From an uncultured bacterium (GTDB taxonomy: Bacteria; Krumholzibacteriota; Krumholzibacteriia; LZORAL124-64-63): 64,000 bases of DNA. Under the pieces are notes generated by a model. It was not told the origin of the DNA, searched no databases, and saw only the letters and a program-made list of their open reading frames with translations. Within the stretch, counting starts at the first letter, position 1, and every line of letters starts with the position of its first letter. A program made the position numbers and the translations under genes. This document shows, piece by piece, positions 54,994 to 64,000 of the stretch. The stretch is taken from assembly GCA_963772145.1 (NCBI GenBank), contig CAVYVY010000011.1, positions 67,607 to 131,606 on the forward strand, in the 5' to 3' direction.

Positions 54994-56729
54994 ATGCGGC
55001 ACCTTCCCCCTGCGGCCCGCGCGCTCACGTGCGCCGTGCTCCTGGGCGCGCTCTTGCCCGGCCCCTCCCGCGGCGCCGCCGCTCCGTCCGACAGCACCCG
55101 CTACTATGTCGAGGAGGACGGCCGCGGCACCGGCTGGTTCGCGGTGGGCCGCACCACGAATCCCCAGGGGCAGCTGGTCTACCGCGGCAGCGGCGAGAAA
55201 TCGGACACCTACAAGATCAGGCGCTTCGAGGTCGTGGTCGGGCCCGATTTCGTCCCCGTCAGTTCTTTCGTGAAGATGAGCGCGCAGGGCCAGCCGATCG
55301 AGTTCACCTCCACGTACGCCGGGGGCAGGGCGGTCACGTCGGCGAAAATCAGCGGCCAGAAGATGCCGGTCCCCGAGGCGCGCCTCGAAGGAATCACCTT
55401 CGTGTTGCCGGGACAGGTGGCGAGCGCCTTCGCCGTCCTCTCGGACTGGCTCGCGAAACGCGACGCCGCCACCTTCAAGGGCGCCGTGAAGGCCTACATG
55501 CCGCCGCTCGTGGCCGACCTCGAGGTGACCGGACTGGGCCGCCAGACGGTGCAGTCGGGCGGCGGGTCAACCGAGGTGCGCGCGTTCCGCCTGACGGTGA
55601 AAATCCCGGCCAGCAGTCAGCTGCCGCGGGGCACCACCCAGGAAGTCGTCCTCTGGCAGTACCCCGACGGCCGCTTCTTCGGCCTCGAGGTCGCCGCCCA
55701 GAAAATGCGGGCCTACCCCTTCCCTTCGGACGCGAAGCTGGAAGTGGCGCCCAGGGTCTTCCCGGAGGTCGCCGTGCGCTTCGTGTCGGGGACGACACGC
55801 TGGCCGGCACGCTCATGCTGCCGGTGGCCGATCCGGCGCGGACGGCGAAGCCGCCGGCGCTCGTGTTCGTCTCCGGCTCGGGTCCCTCCCTGCGCGACGA
55901 GTACGTGGCCGGCTTCCCCGTCTTCCGGGTGCTCGCCGAGAAACTCGCCGCCGCGGGCTGCGCCTCGCTTCGCTACGACGACCGCGGCATAGAGGAGAGC
56001 GGCGGCGATTACGGGCTGGTGACGATGGACATCCTCGCGGCCGACGCCGCCGCGGCCACCGCCGCGCTGCGGAGCCGCCCGGAGATCGACGCCGCGCGCG
56101 TGGGACTGCTCGGCCACAGCGAAGGGGCCCTGCTGGCGGCACAGATCGCGGCGCTGACGGAACAGCAGTCGGGACAGGTGCTCTGGTGCGCGATCCTGCT
56201 GGCCGGCTCCACGGCGAACGGTCATCAGATCATCATGGAGCAGTTCGAGCACGCGCTCGCGCTGCAGGAGACCACGCCCGAGAAGGCAACCGCCCGGCGC
56301 GCCCTGCAGGAGCAGGTGCTGGCCTGGGTCGAAGGCAAAGCCGCCTGGGAATCGATCGCCGCGCTGGCTGACAGCGAGGATGCGCAGAACCTCGAGCTGC
56401 AGAAGGCGACGCTCGAGGCGCCGTGGCTGCGCTCCTTCCTGGCCTATGAGCCCCGGCCCTGGCTGGAGAAGCTCAAGGTGCCGACACTCGTTTTGCACGG
56501 CGAGCTCGACACGCAGCTCCCGATCGCCCACGGCACGGCGGTGCGCGACCTGCTCAAGGCGAGCGGCAATCCGACCGTGTCGTTCGTGCCGGCGCGCGGC
56601 GTGAACCACCTGTTCCAGCTGGCGAAAACCGGCGAGGCGGACGAGTACGCCACGCTCAAGCCGGAGTTCGCCCCCGGCGTGGCCGAGCGGATCACGGCGT
56701 TCGTGGCGATGCGGGAGAGGATGAAGTAG
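54994..56729 (+). CDS. Secreted alpha/beta-hydrolase with an N-terminal accessory domain; -1 frameshift in the G4 run near 55790
   Basis: Signal peptide MRHLPPAARALTCAVLLGALLPGPSRGAAA. After ...VAVRFVSG it continues DDTLAGTLMLPV...PPALVFVSGSGP...LLGHSEGA (nucleophile elbow)...LVLHGELDTQ in track ORF 54717..56729. Confidence 0.75.
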
Positions 56730-58337
56730 CCCCGGGCGACCGACGTCCGCTCGCTCCGGGTCCGCCGGCGGCGCGGCCCCCGGCGCGCGCCGCAGCGCGT
56801 CGAGGAACTCGGCCGGCATCTCCCCGCCGAGACGCTGGCACGCCGCGGCATCCTCCCGCGCCCCCGCGTAGCGGCCCAGGGCGAAGCGGGCGAAGGCGCG
56901 GATCCGATGGGTATCGGGCTGGCCGGGGTCGAGTTCGAGCGCCCGGTCGAACTGCGCGAGCGCACCGGCCGCGTCGCGCCGCAGGGCCAGTTCCCGTCCG
57001 AGGTTGTAGTGCGCCCGGGCGATGCCCGGCCGTTTCTCCACCGTGTCGGACCAGATCGCCACGCCGCTGCGGTAGTCGTGGTTGCGCCGGACGGTCAGGC
57101 CGCCGAGCACCGCGATCGCCAGCGCCGCCGCCACGAGCGACGCCCGGCGCGGCCACCCTGCCCCGCGGCCGGAACCCGGGCGCCTCCAGGCCGCGCGCCC
57201 CCCCAGGACAATCAGCGTCAACACCGCGGCGAGCGGCAGGTACATCCGCTTCTCGGCCGTGGTCTGGGTGGCCAGCGGCAGAATGGTCGTCGTGGGAGCG
57301 AGGACGAGAAAGAAGGCGGCCCCGAGGAATCCGACCCGCGGCGCGCGGCGCAACGCCCCCACCGTCGCGCCCAGCAGCACCGCCACCGCGAGCGCGGCCG
57401 GCAGAACCGTCACGACCGGCCCGGGCGACTCCATCCCATAGTCGAGCACCAGCGGGTGCGGCCAGAAACTCAACCCGAGGTAGCGCAGGACATTGCGGGG
57501 CTGCAGCAGCAGGTACTGCCATGGCCCGAGCCGCTGCGCCATTCCTCCGGTGCCGCCCGGCTCGTAGAAGCCGCTCACAAGCAGGGCCAGCAGCGCCCAG
57601 CTCGCCAGCAGGCCCGCGTACAGCCACCGGCGACGACGCGCGATCTCGCGCCACGACGAGGCGAGAAAGACCCGGTCGTAGAGCAGCACCACCAGCGGCG
57701 CCGTGACGATGACCTCCTTGCACCCCGCTCCCGTCGCGCACGCGACGACGGCCGCCGCGTGCCAGCGCCCCGGGTGCGCCGACGTCACGGAGCGGACCAC
57801 CGCGTAGAGCGTGCCGAGGTAGCACAGCGCCATCAGCCCCTCGCCGCGGTGGACGATGACGTTGACCGTTTCCGTCTGCAGCGGGTGGACCGCCCAGAGG
57901 ATCGCCACGACGGCGGCGAGCCCCGTGGCGGAGTCGCCGAACCGCGCCGCGGTCGCCGGCAGCAGCAGCGTGCGGCGCACGAGACCGAACAGGGCCAGCG
58001 CCGTCAACGCGTGCAGCGCGACGTTGAACAGGTGATACCCAGGAACCGCCTCGCGTCCCAGGGCCCAGTTGACGGCAAGACTCAGGTTGACGACGGGGCG
58101 CCCCTCGACGGCGAGCATCCCGCCCGGAGGCGAGAGGACCGTGCCGAGCCGGCGCAGGTCGCGGATCGTGGGGTTGTCGACGATCGAGGCGGGATCATCG
58201 AAAACGAACGGACCGCGCAGGCTGCCGGCGTAGACGGCGAGCGTCGCGAGCACGATCAGGGCCGCGGCGAGGGCGCACTCCCGGCGCCGCCGCGACGCCG
58301 GCAGGCCCGCGGCGCTGTCGTCGCCGCGCCCCGTCAC
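56692..58337 (-). CDS. Polytopic membrane protein with C-terminal TPR repeats (PMT/TMTC-like glycosyltransferase family candidate); 3' end unresolved
   Basis: GTG 58337 overlaps the ispD stop (GTGA). The translation runs LIVLATLAVYAGSLRGPFVFDDP..I..NP.I......... with about 10 TM segments, then TPR-like AHYNLGRELALRRDAAGALAQFDRALELDP. The track ORF has no stop until 55713, reading antisense through the hydrolase gene. Confidence 0.55.
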
Positions 58338-59079
58338 TCCCGCCCGCCCCGCGCGCGCAGGAGCGCTTCGGCCCGCGCGAGATCCGCGTCGGTGGTGACT
58401 TTCCAGTTCTCCGGCTCCCCACTGACGACGACCGGCGCGCACCCCCTCGCCGCCAGCAGCCCGCCGTCGTCGGTGAAATCGAGGCCCCGTTCGCGCGCCC
58501 AACGATGCGCGGCGAGGAGGAGCCCCCCCCGGAAGACCTGCGGCGTCTGCAGGGCGCGCAGCGCGCCGCGTTCGAGGTAGCGCGCGACCGGCTGCGCGTC
58601 GGCGGACGGGACGATCTCCACGATCGTGTCCGCCACCGCCACGCCCGGCACCGCGGCGCCGTGCTCCCCCGCCGCGGCCGCCACCCGCGTGAGCAGATGG
58701 CGCGAGGCGAACGGGCGCGCCGCGTCGTGCACCGCGATCAGGTCGCGTCGCCGACGGGACGGCCCGCGAGCAGCGCCTCGAGCGCGCACCAGGTCGAGCC
58801 GGTGCGCGTCTCGCCGCCCGGGGTCACCTGCCAGGCGCACGGAAGCAGCGCCGCCGCCAGCTCGCCGCGGACGATCGCCAGCCACGACCCGGGCACGGCC
58901 ACCGTCACGGTCACCACGCCGGGCGCCTCGACCAGTTCGCGGATTCCCCACAGCATGAGCGAGGCCCCGTTCACCTGCCGGAACTGTTTGGGCGGCTCGG
59001 CGTCGGCGCGGCGGGCGCGCGCGCCGAGGCCGCCGGCCATCACCAGCAGGTGCAGCGGACGCACGTGGGGCGCGACCAT
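58334..59079 (-). CDS. ispD: 2-C-methyl-D-erythritol 4-phosphate cytidylyltransferase; -1 frameshift near 58747
   Basis: N-terminus LHLLVMAGGLGARA....PKQF (track ORF 58738..59079), then DLIAVHDAARPF...LQTPQVFR...FTDDGGL....G..VVVSGEPENWKVTTDADL (ORF 58334..58951). Confidence 0.8.
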
Positions 59080-59083
59080 CGGC

Positions 59084-60622
59084 TCATCCCTCCCGCGGGG
59101 CGGCGGGCTTGACCGGCGTCGGCGCCGGCGCCGCGCGCGTCGGCGCCAGGGCCAGGACCACCGCCTCCTCCACGCTGACCGCCGCGTCGATGGTCAGCCC
59201 CTCTTCCCGGTTGCGGTGCCGCTTGGCCCGCGCCGTCACCACGCGGGTGAACCCGTGCCGCGACGCCTCGCGCAGGCGGCTGGCGCGGTCCGACACGTCG
59301 CGCAGTTCGCCGGTCAGTCCCACCTCGCCAAGCACGAGCGTGTCGACCGGGACCGGCACCTCGCGCAGCGACGAGGCGAGCGCCGCCAGGATCGCCAGAT
59401 CGGCGGCCGGGTCGTCGAGCCGCGCGCCGCCCGCCACCTTCACGAAGATGTCGCAGCCGGCGATATCCATACCGGCCCGCTTCTCGAGGATGGCGGCCAG
59501 CAGAGCGACCCGCTTCGAGTCCACCCCCTGCACCACCCGCTGCGGGGTGCCGTAACGCGTGGGCGACACCAGCGCCTGCACCTCGACCAGGAAGATGCGC
59601 GATCCGTTGCGCACGGCGCACACCGCCGCGCCCGGCTCCACGCCGCGCCGCCCGCTCAGGAACAGCGCCCCGGCCTCGTCGACCGGCTGCAGGCCGTCGC
59701 CGCGCATCTCGAGGATGGCCAGCTCGCCGGTGGCGCCGAAGCGGTTCTTGAACGCGCGCACCATGCGCACGGCGCCCCCCTCCGACCCTTCGAAATAGAG
59801 CACGGTGTCGACCATGTGTTCGAGCAGCTTCGGCCCCGCCAGCTCGCCCGACTTGGTCACGTGCCCGAGCAGGAACACCGGACAGCCGGTCTGCCGCGCG
59901 AAATCGGCCAGCACGCCGCCGCAATAGCGGATCTGGCTGACGCTGCCGGGCCAGCCGTCGATCGCCTCGCTGTGCAGCGTCTGCACCGAATCGGCGATCA
60001 CCACGCACGGCGTGTCGGGGTGGGCGGCACGATCGTCGTAGAGGGCGTACAACAGACGTTCGAGCTGCACGTCGTCAAGAATGAGGAATCCCGGCTCGCG
60101 TTTGCTGTCGAACCCGAGCCGCTCCCCCCGCATGCGGATCTGCGCCGGCGACTCCTCGCCGGCGATGTACAGGACCCGCACGCCGGCGCGCACCCAGCGC
60201 AGGGCGAGCCCGGTCAGCAGCGTCGACTTGCCCACGCCCGGCTCCCCGCCCAGCAACACCACCGACCCCTCGACCAGCCCGCCGCCAAGTACCCGGGAAA
60301 CCTCCTCCGGCTCGACCGCCAGGCGCTTCGCCTGCGCCGACGAAATCTCGGCCAGCGGCACCGCGCGCAACGGCCCCTCGCCGCGGCTCGGCGCGAAACC
60401 GGGCTGGCCGACCCCCTCGCCGGCGGCGCCCTGGGCGGGACGGCCGGCGGCGCGGTGCGAGCCATAGCCGCGCGCTCCTTTCCCTTCGCCCCCCCCCGCG
60501 GCGCCGGGGATCTTGACCTCGGTGAACGAATTCCATTCTCCGCACCCGGGGCAGCGCCCCATCCAGCGGACCTCCTCGTGGCCACAGCTCTGACAGAGGA
60601 ATTTCGTCGAATCGCGCGCCAT
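59084..60622 (-). CDS. radA: DNA repair protein RadA (Sms)
   Basis: From ATG 60622: zinc finger FLCQSCGHEEVRWMGRCPGCGEWNSF, Walker A LLGGEPGVGKSTLL, the KNRFG motif (AFKNRFGATGE) and a Lon-like C-terminal domain. Confidence 0.9.
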   Translation of the reverse strand: MARDSTKFLCQSCGHEEVRWMGRCPGCGEWNSFTEVKIPGAAGGGEGKGARGYGSHRAAGRPAQGAAGEGVGQPGFAPSRGEGPLRAVPLAEISSAQAKRLAVEPEEVSRVLGGGLVEGSVVLLGGEPGVGKSTLLTGLALRWVRAGVRVLYIAGEESPAQIRMRGERLGFDSKREPGFLILDDVQLERLLYALYDDRAAHPDTPCVVIADSVQTLHSEAIDGWPGSVSQIRYCGGVLADFARQTGCPVFLLGHVTKSGELAGPKLLEHMVDTVLYFEGSEGGAVRMVRAFKNRFGATGELAILEMRGDGLQPVDEAGALFLSGRRGVEPGAAVCAVRNGSRIFLVEVQALVSPTRYGTPQRVVQGVDSKRVALLAAILEKRAGMDIAGCDIFVKVAGGARLDDPAADLAILAALASSLREVPVPVDTLVLGEVGLTGELRDVSDRASRLREASRHGFTRVVTARAKRHRNREEGLTIDAAVSVEEAVVLALAPTRAAPAPTPVKPAAPREG

Positions 60623-60867
60623 GCAGCGCTCGCTTTCCGGGAGGGAGATCGCCGCGTCGGGCCGGCCGCCGGCCGAGCAGCCGACGTGCCACGCCAGCTT
60701 ACGCGTTGAGGGCCGCGGGGTCAAAGGGCGGGGCGGCAGCGCCCGCGGCGTGTTGCCACCCAGGGTCATTTCTTGTTATGCTTGGTAATCGCGATGCTTG
60801 ATCCTCCTGTTTCCATGCTGCCGCGGTCGGCCTCTTGTATGCCATAAGATCAAAAAGGCGGGCTCAG

Positions 60868-63800
60868 ATGAGAAAACACAATTTCGGCGGCACAGGGCGC
60901 ATCCTGCCCCGCGTCCTGATCGTGGCCTGTTTCGGGCTGCTGGCGCTGCAGCTCCCCCGCCTGGTCGGCCTCGGCAGCGACGCCACGGCCGACCCCGGCG
61001 CCCGCGATCTGGCCCGCCTCGAACGCTGGCGCGAGCATGCCCGGCCCGGCAGCGCGGAGCGTTTCAAGATTGAGCGCCGGATCGACCGGCTCGAGCGCCA
61101 GCGCGCCGGAAAGCCGGCCTTCGACGAGCCGGACCAGTTCGCCCGCCTGCTGAACGAGATGCGGATCCCGGCCGACCGCCTGGAGTCGGAGTATGACGCC
61201 GGCTACCGGGTGCGCGAGCTGCGCGTGGCGCGCCAGGCGCAGAAGGCGCTCGGCACGCCGCTGGCCTGGGAGAGCCGCGGACCGGGCAACGTGGCCGGCC
61301 GCGCCCGCGCGATCGTTGTCGATCCCGACGACCCGACGAACCGCACCTGGTACATCGGCACCGCGGGCGGCGGCGTCTGGAAGACCGACGACGCCGGCGC
61401 CACCTGGGCGCCGCTCACCGACGGATTCCCGGTCCTGTCGTGCCAGTCGCTGGCCATGGCCGCGAGCAACCACGACGTGATGTACGTCGGCACGGGCGAG
61501 AGTTTCTTCAATATCGACACCATCAACGGCAACGGGATCCTCAAGACCACTGACCGCGGCCTGACCTGGACCCACCTGGCGGCGACCGTCGACGACCCGG
61601 CCTTCAACAATGTCGCGCGCCTGGTGATCGACCCCGCCAACGCGGACATCGTGCTGGCCGCGACGACCGTGGGCCGCTACAAGGCCTCGGTCCTCCAGCG
61701 CTCGAGCATCTACAAATCGACCGACGGCGGCGCCAGCTGGACTGGAGGTGTACGCGGTCACCGACCTCGGCACTTCCGGGACGGCGAAGAAAATCCTGCA
61801 GATCGTGGCCGACCCGACCGACTTCAACGTACTCTACGCCACCGTCGATGAAGCAGGCATTCTCAAGTCCACCAACGCCGGCGCCACCTGGGCCTGGGCC
61901 AACACCGGCATCGTCAGCTTCACGGGCCGGTTCGAGCTGGCGATCTCGCCGATCGACCACAACCGCCTGTACGCCTCGGCGGAGGGAGCCAGCCACGCCG
62001 AGCTCTGGATCTCGACCAACGGCGGCGCCACCTGGTCGGAAACCTTCGAGAGCGGGACCGAGCCGAACTGGCTCGGCGCCCAGGGCTGGTACGACAACAC
62101 GATTGTCTGCCACCCGACGAACACCAGCATCGTCTATGTGGGCGGGATCCAGCTCTGGCAGATCACCCTCAGCGGCACCAGCCGCACGTCGAGCCTGCTC
62201 ACCACCGGACCCGTGCACGTGGATCACCACGGCCTCGTGGTCCTGCAGGACGGCGACGGCGCCTGGCGTCTGCTCAACACGAACGACGGCGGCGTTGGCC
62301 TGTCGTCTGCCTCCGCCTCCGGCTGGAGCGCGCCGATCGACGGTATGACCACCACGCAGTTCTACGGGATCGACAAGCGCCCCGGCGCCAGCGCCTATTT
62401 CGGCGGCATGCAGGACAACGGCACCTGGTTCTCGCCGCCCGGATCCGACGCGCTGACGCCATGGACCTTTGCCATCGGCGGCGACGGTTACGAAACGTCG
62501 TGGCACTTCGACGACCCGCTGAAGATGATCGGCGGCTACCAGTACAACGGGCTGCAGCGCTCGCTCGACGGCGGCGCCACCTGGAACGGCGCCACGAGCG
62601 GCCTGCTCGACCTCGGTTCGGCCCGCGCGCCGTTCGTCACCAAGATCGCCAAGAGCCGTCTGGCTCCCGAGCTGCTCTGCGCCGTCGGCCGCGACGGCGT
62701 CTGGCGCTCGACGGACTTCGGCGGCAGCTGGGTCCTCTCCGCCATCTCGTCGACCACCTGGGGCGCGGTCAGCAGCTTCCACGACGTGAAAATCTCCCGC
62801 GCCGACCCCACCATCGTCTGGGGCGGTTCGCGCATGGACGCCACCGTCAAGATCCACCTCTCGACCAACGGCGGCGTCACTTTCGCCCCCGTCCCCAGCT
62901 ACAGCGCCGTGACCATGGGCGGCATCTCCGGCCTGGCCACCCATCCCACCGACCCCGCCACCGCCTACGTGCTGTTCAGCTTCGCCGGCCGCCCCAAGAT
63001 CCTGCGGACCACCGACGCCGGCGCCACCTGGACCGACCTCACCGGCTTCGCCGGCGGCAGCCCGAGCACCAACGGCTTCCCCGACGTCGCCGTCTACGAC
63101 CTGCTCGTGTTCTCGGACAACCCGAACCACCTGTGGGCCGGCACCGAGATCGGCCTGGTCGAATCTCTCGATGGCGGCGCCTCCTGGGCACTCGCCGACA
63201 ACGGACTGCCCGCGGTGGGGATCTGGGACCTGACCGAGGTCGAAGACGAAGTGATCGTCGGCACGCACGGCCGCGGCATCTGGAGCGTGAAGATGCCGTC
63301 GCTGGTGGCGGGCCAGACCTTCCGGCCGCTGATCGACAACCTCTACCAGGGCCCTGACGGCCAGCTGAGCATCGACCTCAACCTGCGCTCGGAATACGAC
63401 TCGACGACGGTCTTCGTGGACGGCGCCCCACTGACCGTCCTGCCGGCCAACACCTTCCAGCAGGACGCTTTCGTGCAGGCGCCCGTGCTCGCGGCCGGCA
63501 CGAAGAGCGTGTTCGCGCGCGGTCACCGGGGCGGCATTGCGTACGATTCGGTCACCCGCACGCTCGCCGTCTACGCGCTGCAGACGCCCGTATTCGCCTA
63601 CGCGAACGACTTCGAAACGCCCACCGCCGACTTCGCGGGCAGCGGCTTCACGATCGAAGGAACCGCCAGGTTCACCGGCAGCGCGATCAACTCCGCCCAC
63701 GACTATCCCGACAACGTCACGTCCACCTGTCTGCTCACGGTCCCGATCCGGGTGGCGCAGAGCAACGCTTACGTTTCGTTCGACGAGGTCGCGCTGGTCG

Positions 63801-64000
63801 AGCCGGGCGACCCGGGCACGGTGTTCGGCGACACCAGCTTCTGGGACTACGTCATCCTGGAGGGAAGCCGCGACGGCGTGACCTGGCTGCCGATCGAGCC
63901 GGGCTACGACTGCCGGCGCGATCCGGCCTGGGAAAGCGCCTGGTACAGCAACACCCCCGGCAGCACCGCCCTGCTGCGCCCTCACGTGTTCGACCTGCAA
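60868..64000 (+). CDS. Secreted BNR/Asp-box (sortilin/VPS10-like, GH74-like) repeat protein, runs off the right edge; +1 frameshift near 61741
   Basis: ATG 60868. The hydrophobic segment ILPRVLIVACFGLLALQL. Repeated S/T-x-D-x-G-x-T/S-W boxes (KTDDAGATW, STDGGASW, STNAGATW, STNGGATW, SLDGGATW, STDFGGSW, TTDAGATW, SLDGGASW). After 61741 the reading LEVYAVTDLGTSGTAKK... continues to 64000 without a stop, so it is not in the ORF track. Confidence 0.75.

Noticed and set aside
1-64000. CRISPR arrays, rRNA genes, tRNA genes, riboswitches (including a cobalamin riboswitch ahead of the corrinoid operon at 5815..5951) and intact mobile elements.
   Set aside because: Reading the intergenic regions showed no short direct-repeat/spacer periodicity, no cloverleaf candidates, no B12-box-like element and no complete transposase or integrase.

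Overview
This is a GC-rich bacterial chromosomal window (roughly two-thirds G+C by eye, not computed). It probably comes from an uncultured lineage whose large secreted proteins end in an NPFNPxT (FlgD-Ig-like / Por-secretion-tail-like) domain. The main element is a ~21 kb type VI secretion (T6SS) locus at 13.65-34.93 kb. Its minus-strand operon reads tssA-tssB-tssC-hcp-tagJ-tssE-tssF-tssG-clpV-vgrG, followed by two LysM/PG-binding paralogs, an unrecognisable 256-aa protein and a lipoprotein. This converges on a plus-strand operon of PAAR, an unknown Gly/Pro-rich protein, DUF2169 and a ~1030-aa dual-HKD phospholipase D effector. No tssJ, tssK, tssL, tssM or fha is present anywhere in the window. 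Other content: rsgA; an AbiEii-like toxin module; a corrinoid/MttB-family/homocysteine methyltransferase operon; and a lower-GC islet with an IS3 remnant and a secreted repeat protein. There is also a MATE transporter, a Fic / SWIM-SNF2 helicase / hipBA cluster, pepF, an MFS transporter, deoD, a HAMP-PP2C phosphatase, an MBL hydrolase and a 14-repeat RCC1-like protein. The remaining genes are DUF4254, an alpha/beta hydrolase, a TPR membrane protein, ispD, radA and a BNR/sortilin-like protein. No rRNA, tRNA or CRISPR array was found. At least 30 single-nucleotide indels and one in-frame TAG interrupt otherwise well-conserved genes; they are densest in clpV, the 5' part of the PLD gene and the PP2C gene. 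I cannot tell assembly error from real decay using sequence alone. All family assignments rest on motifs I read in the translations, not on database searches.
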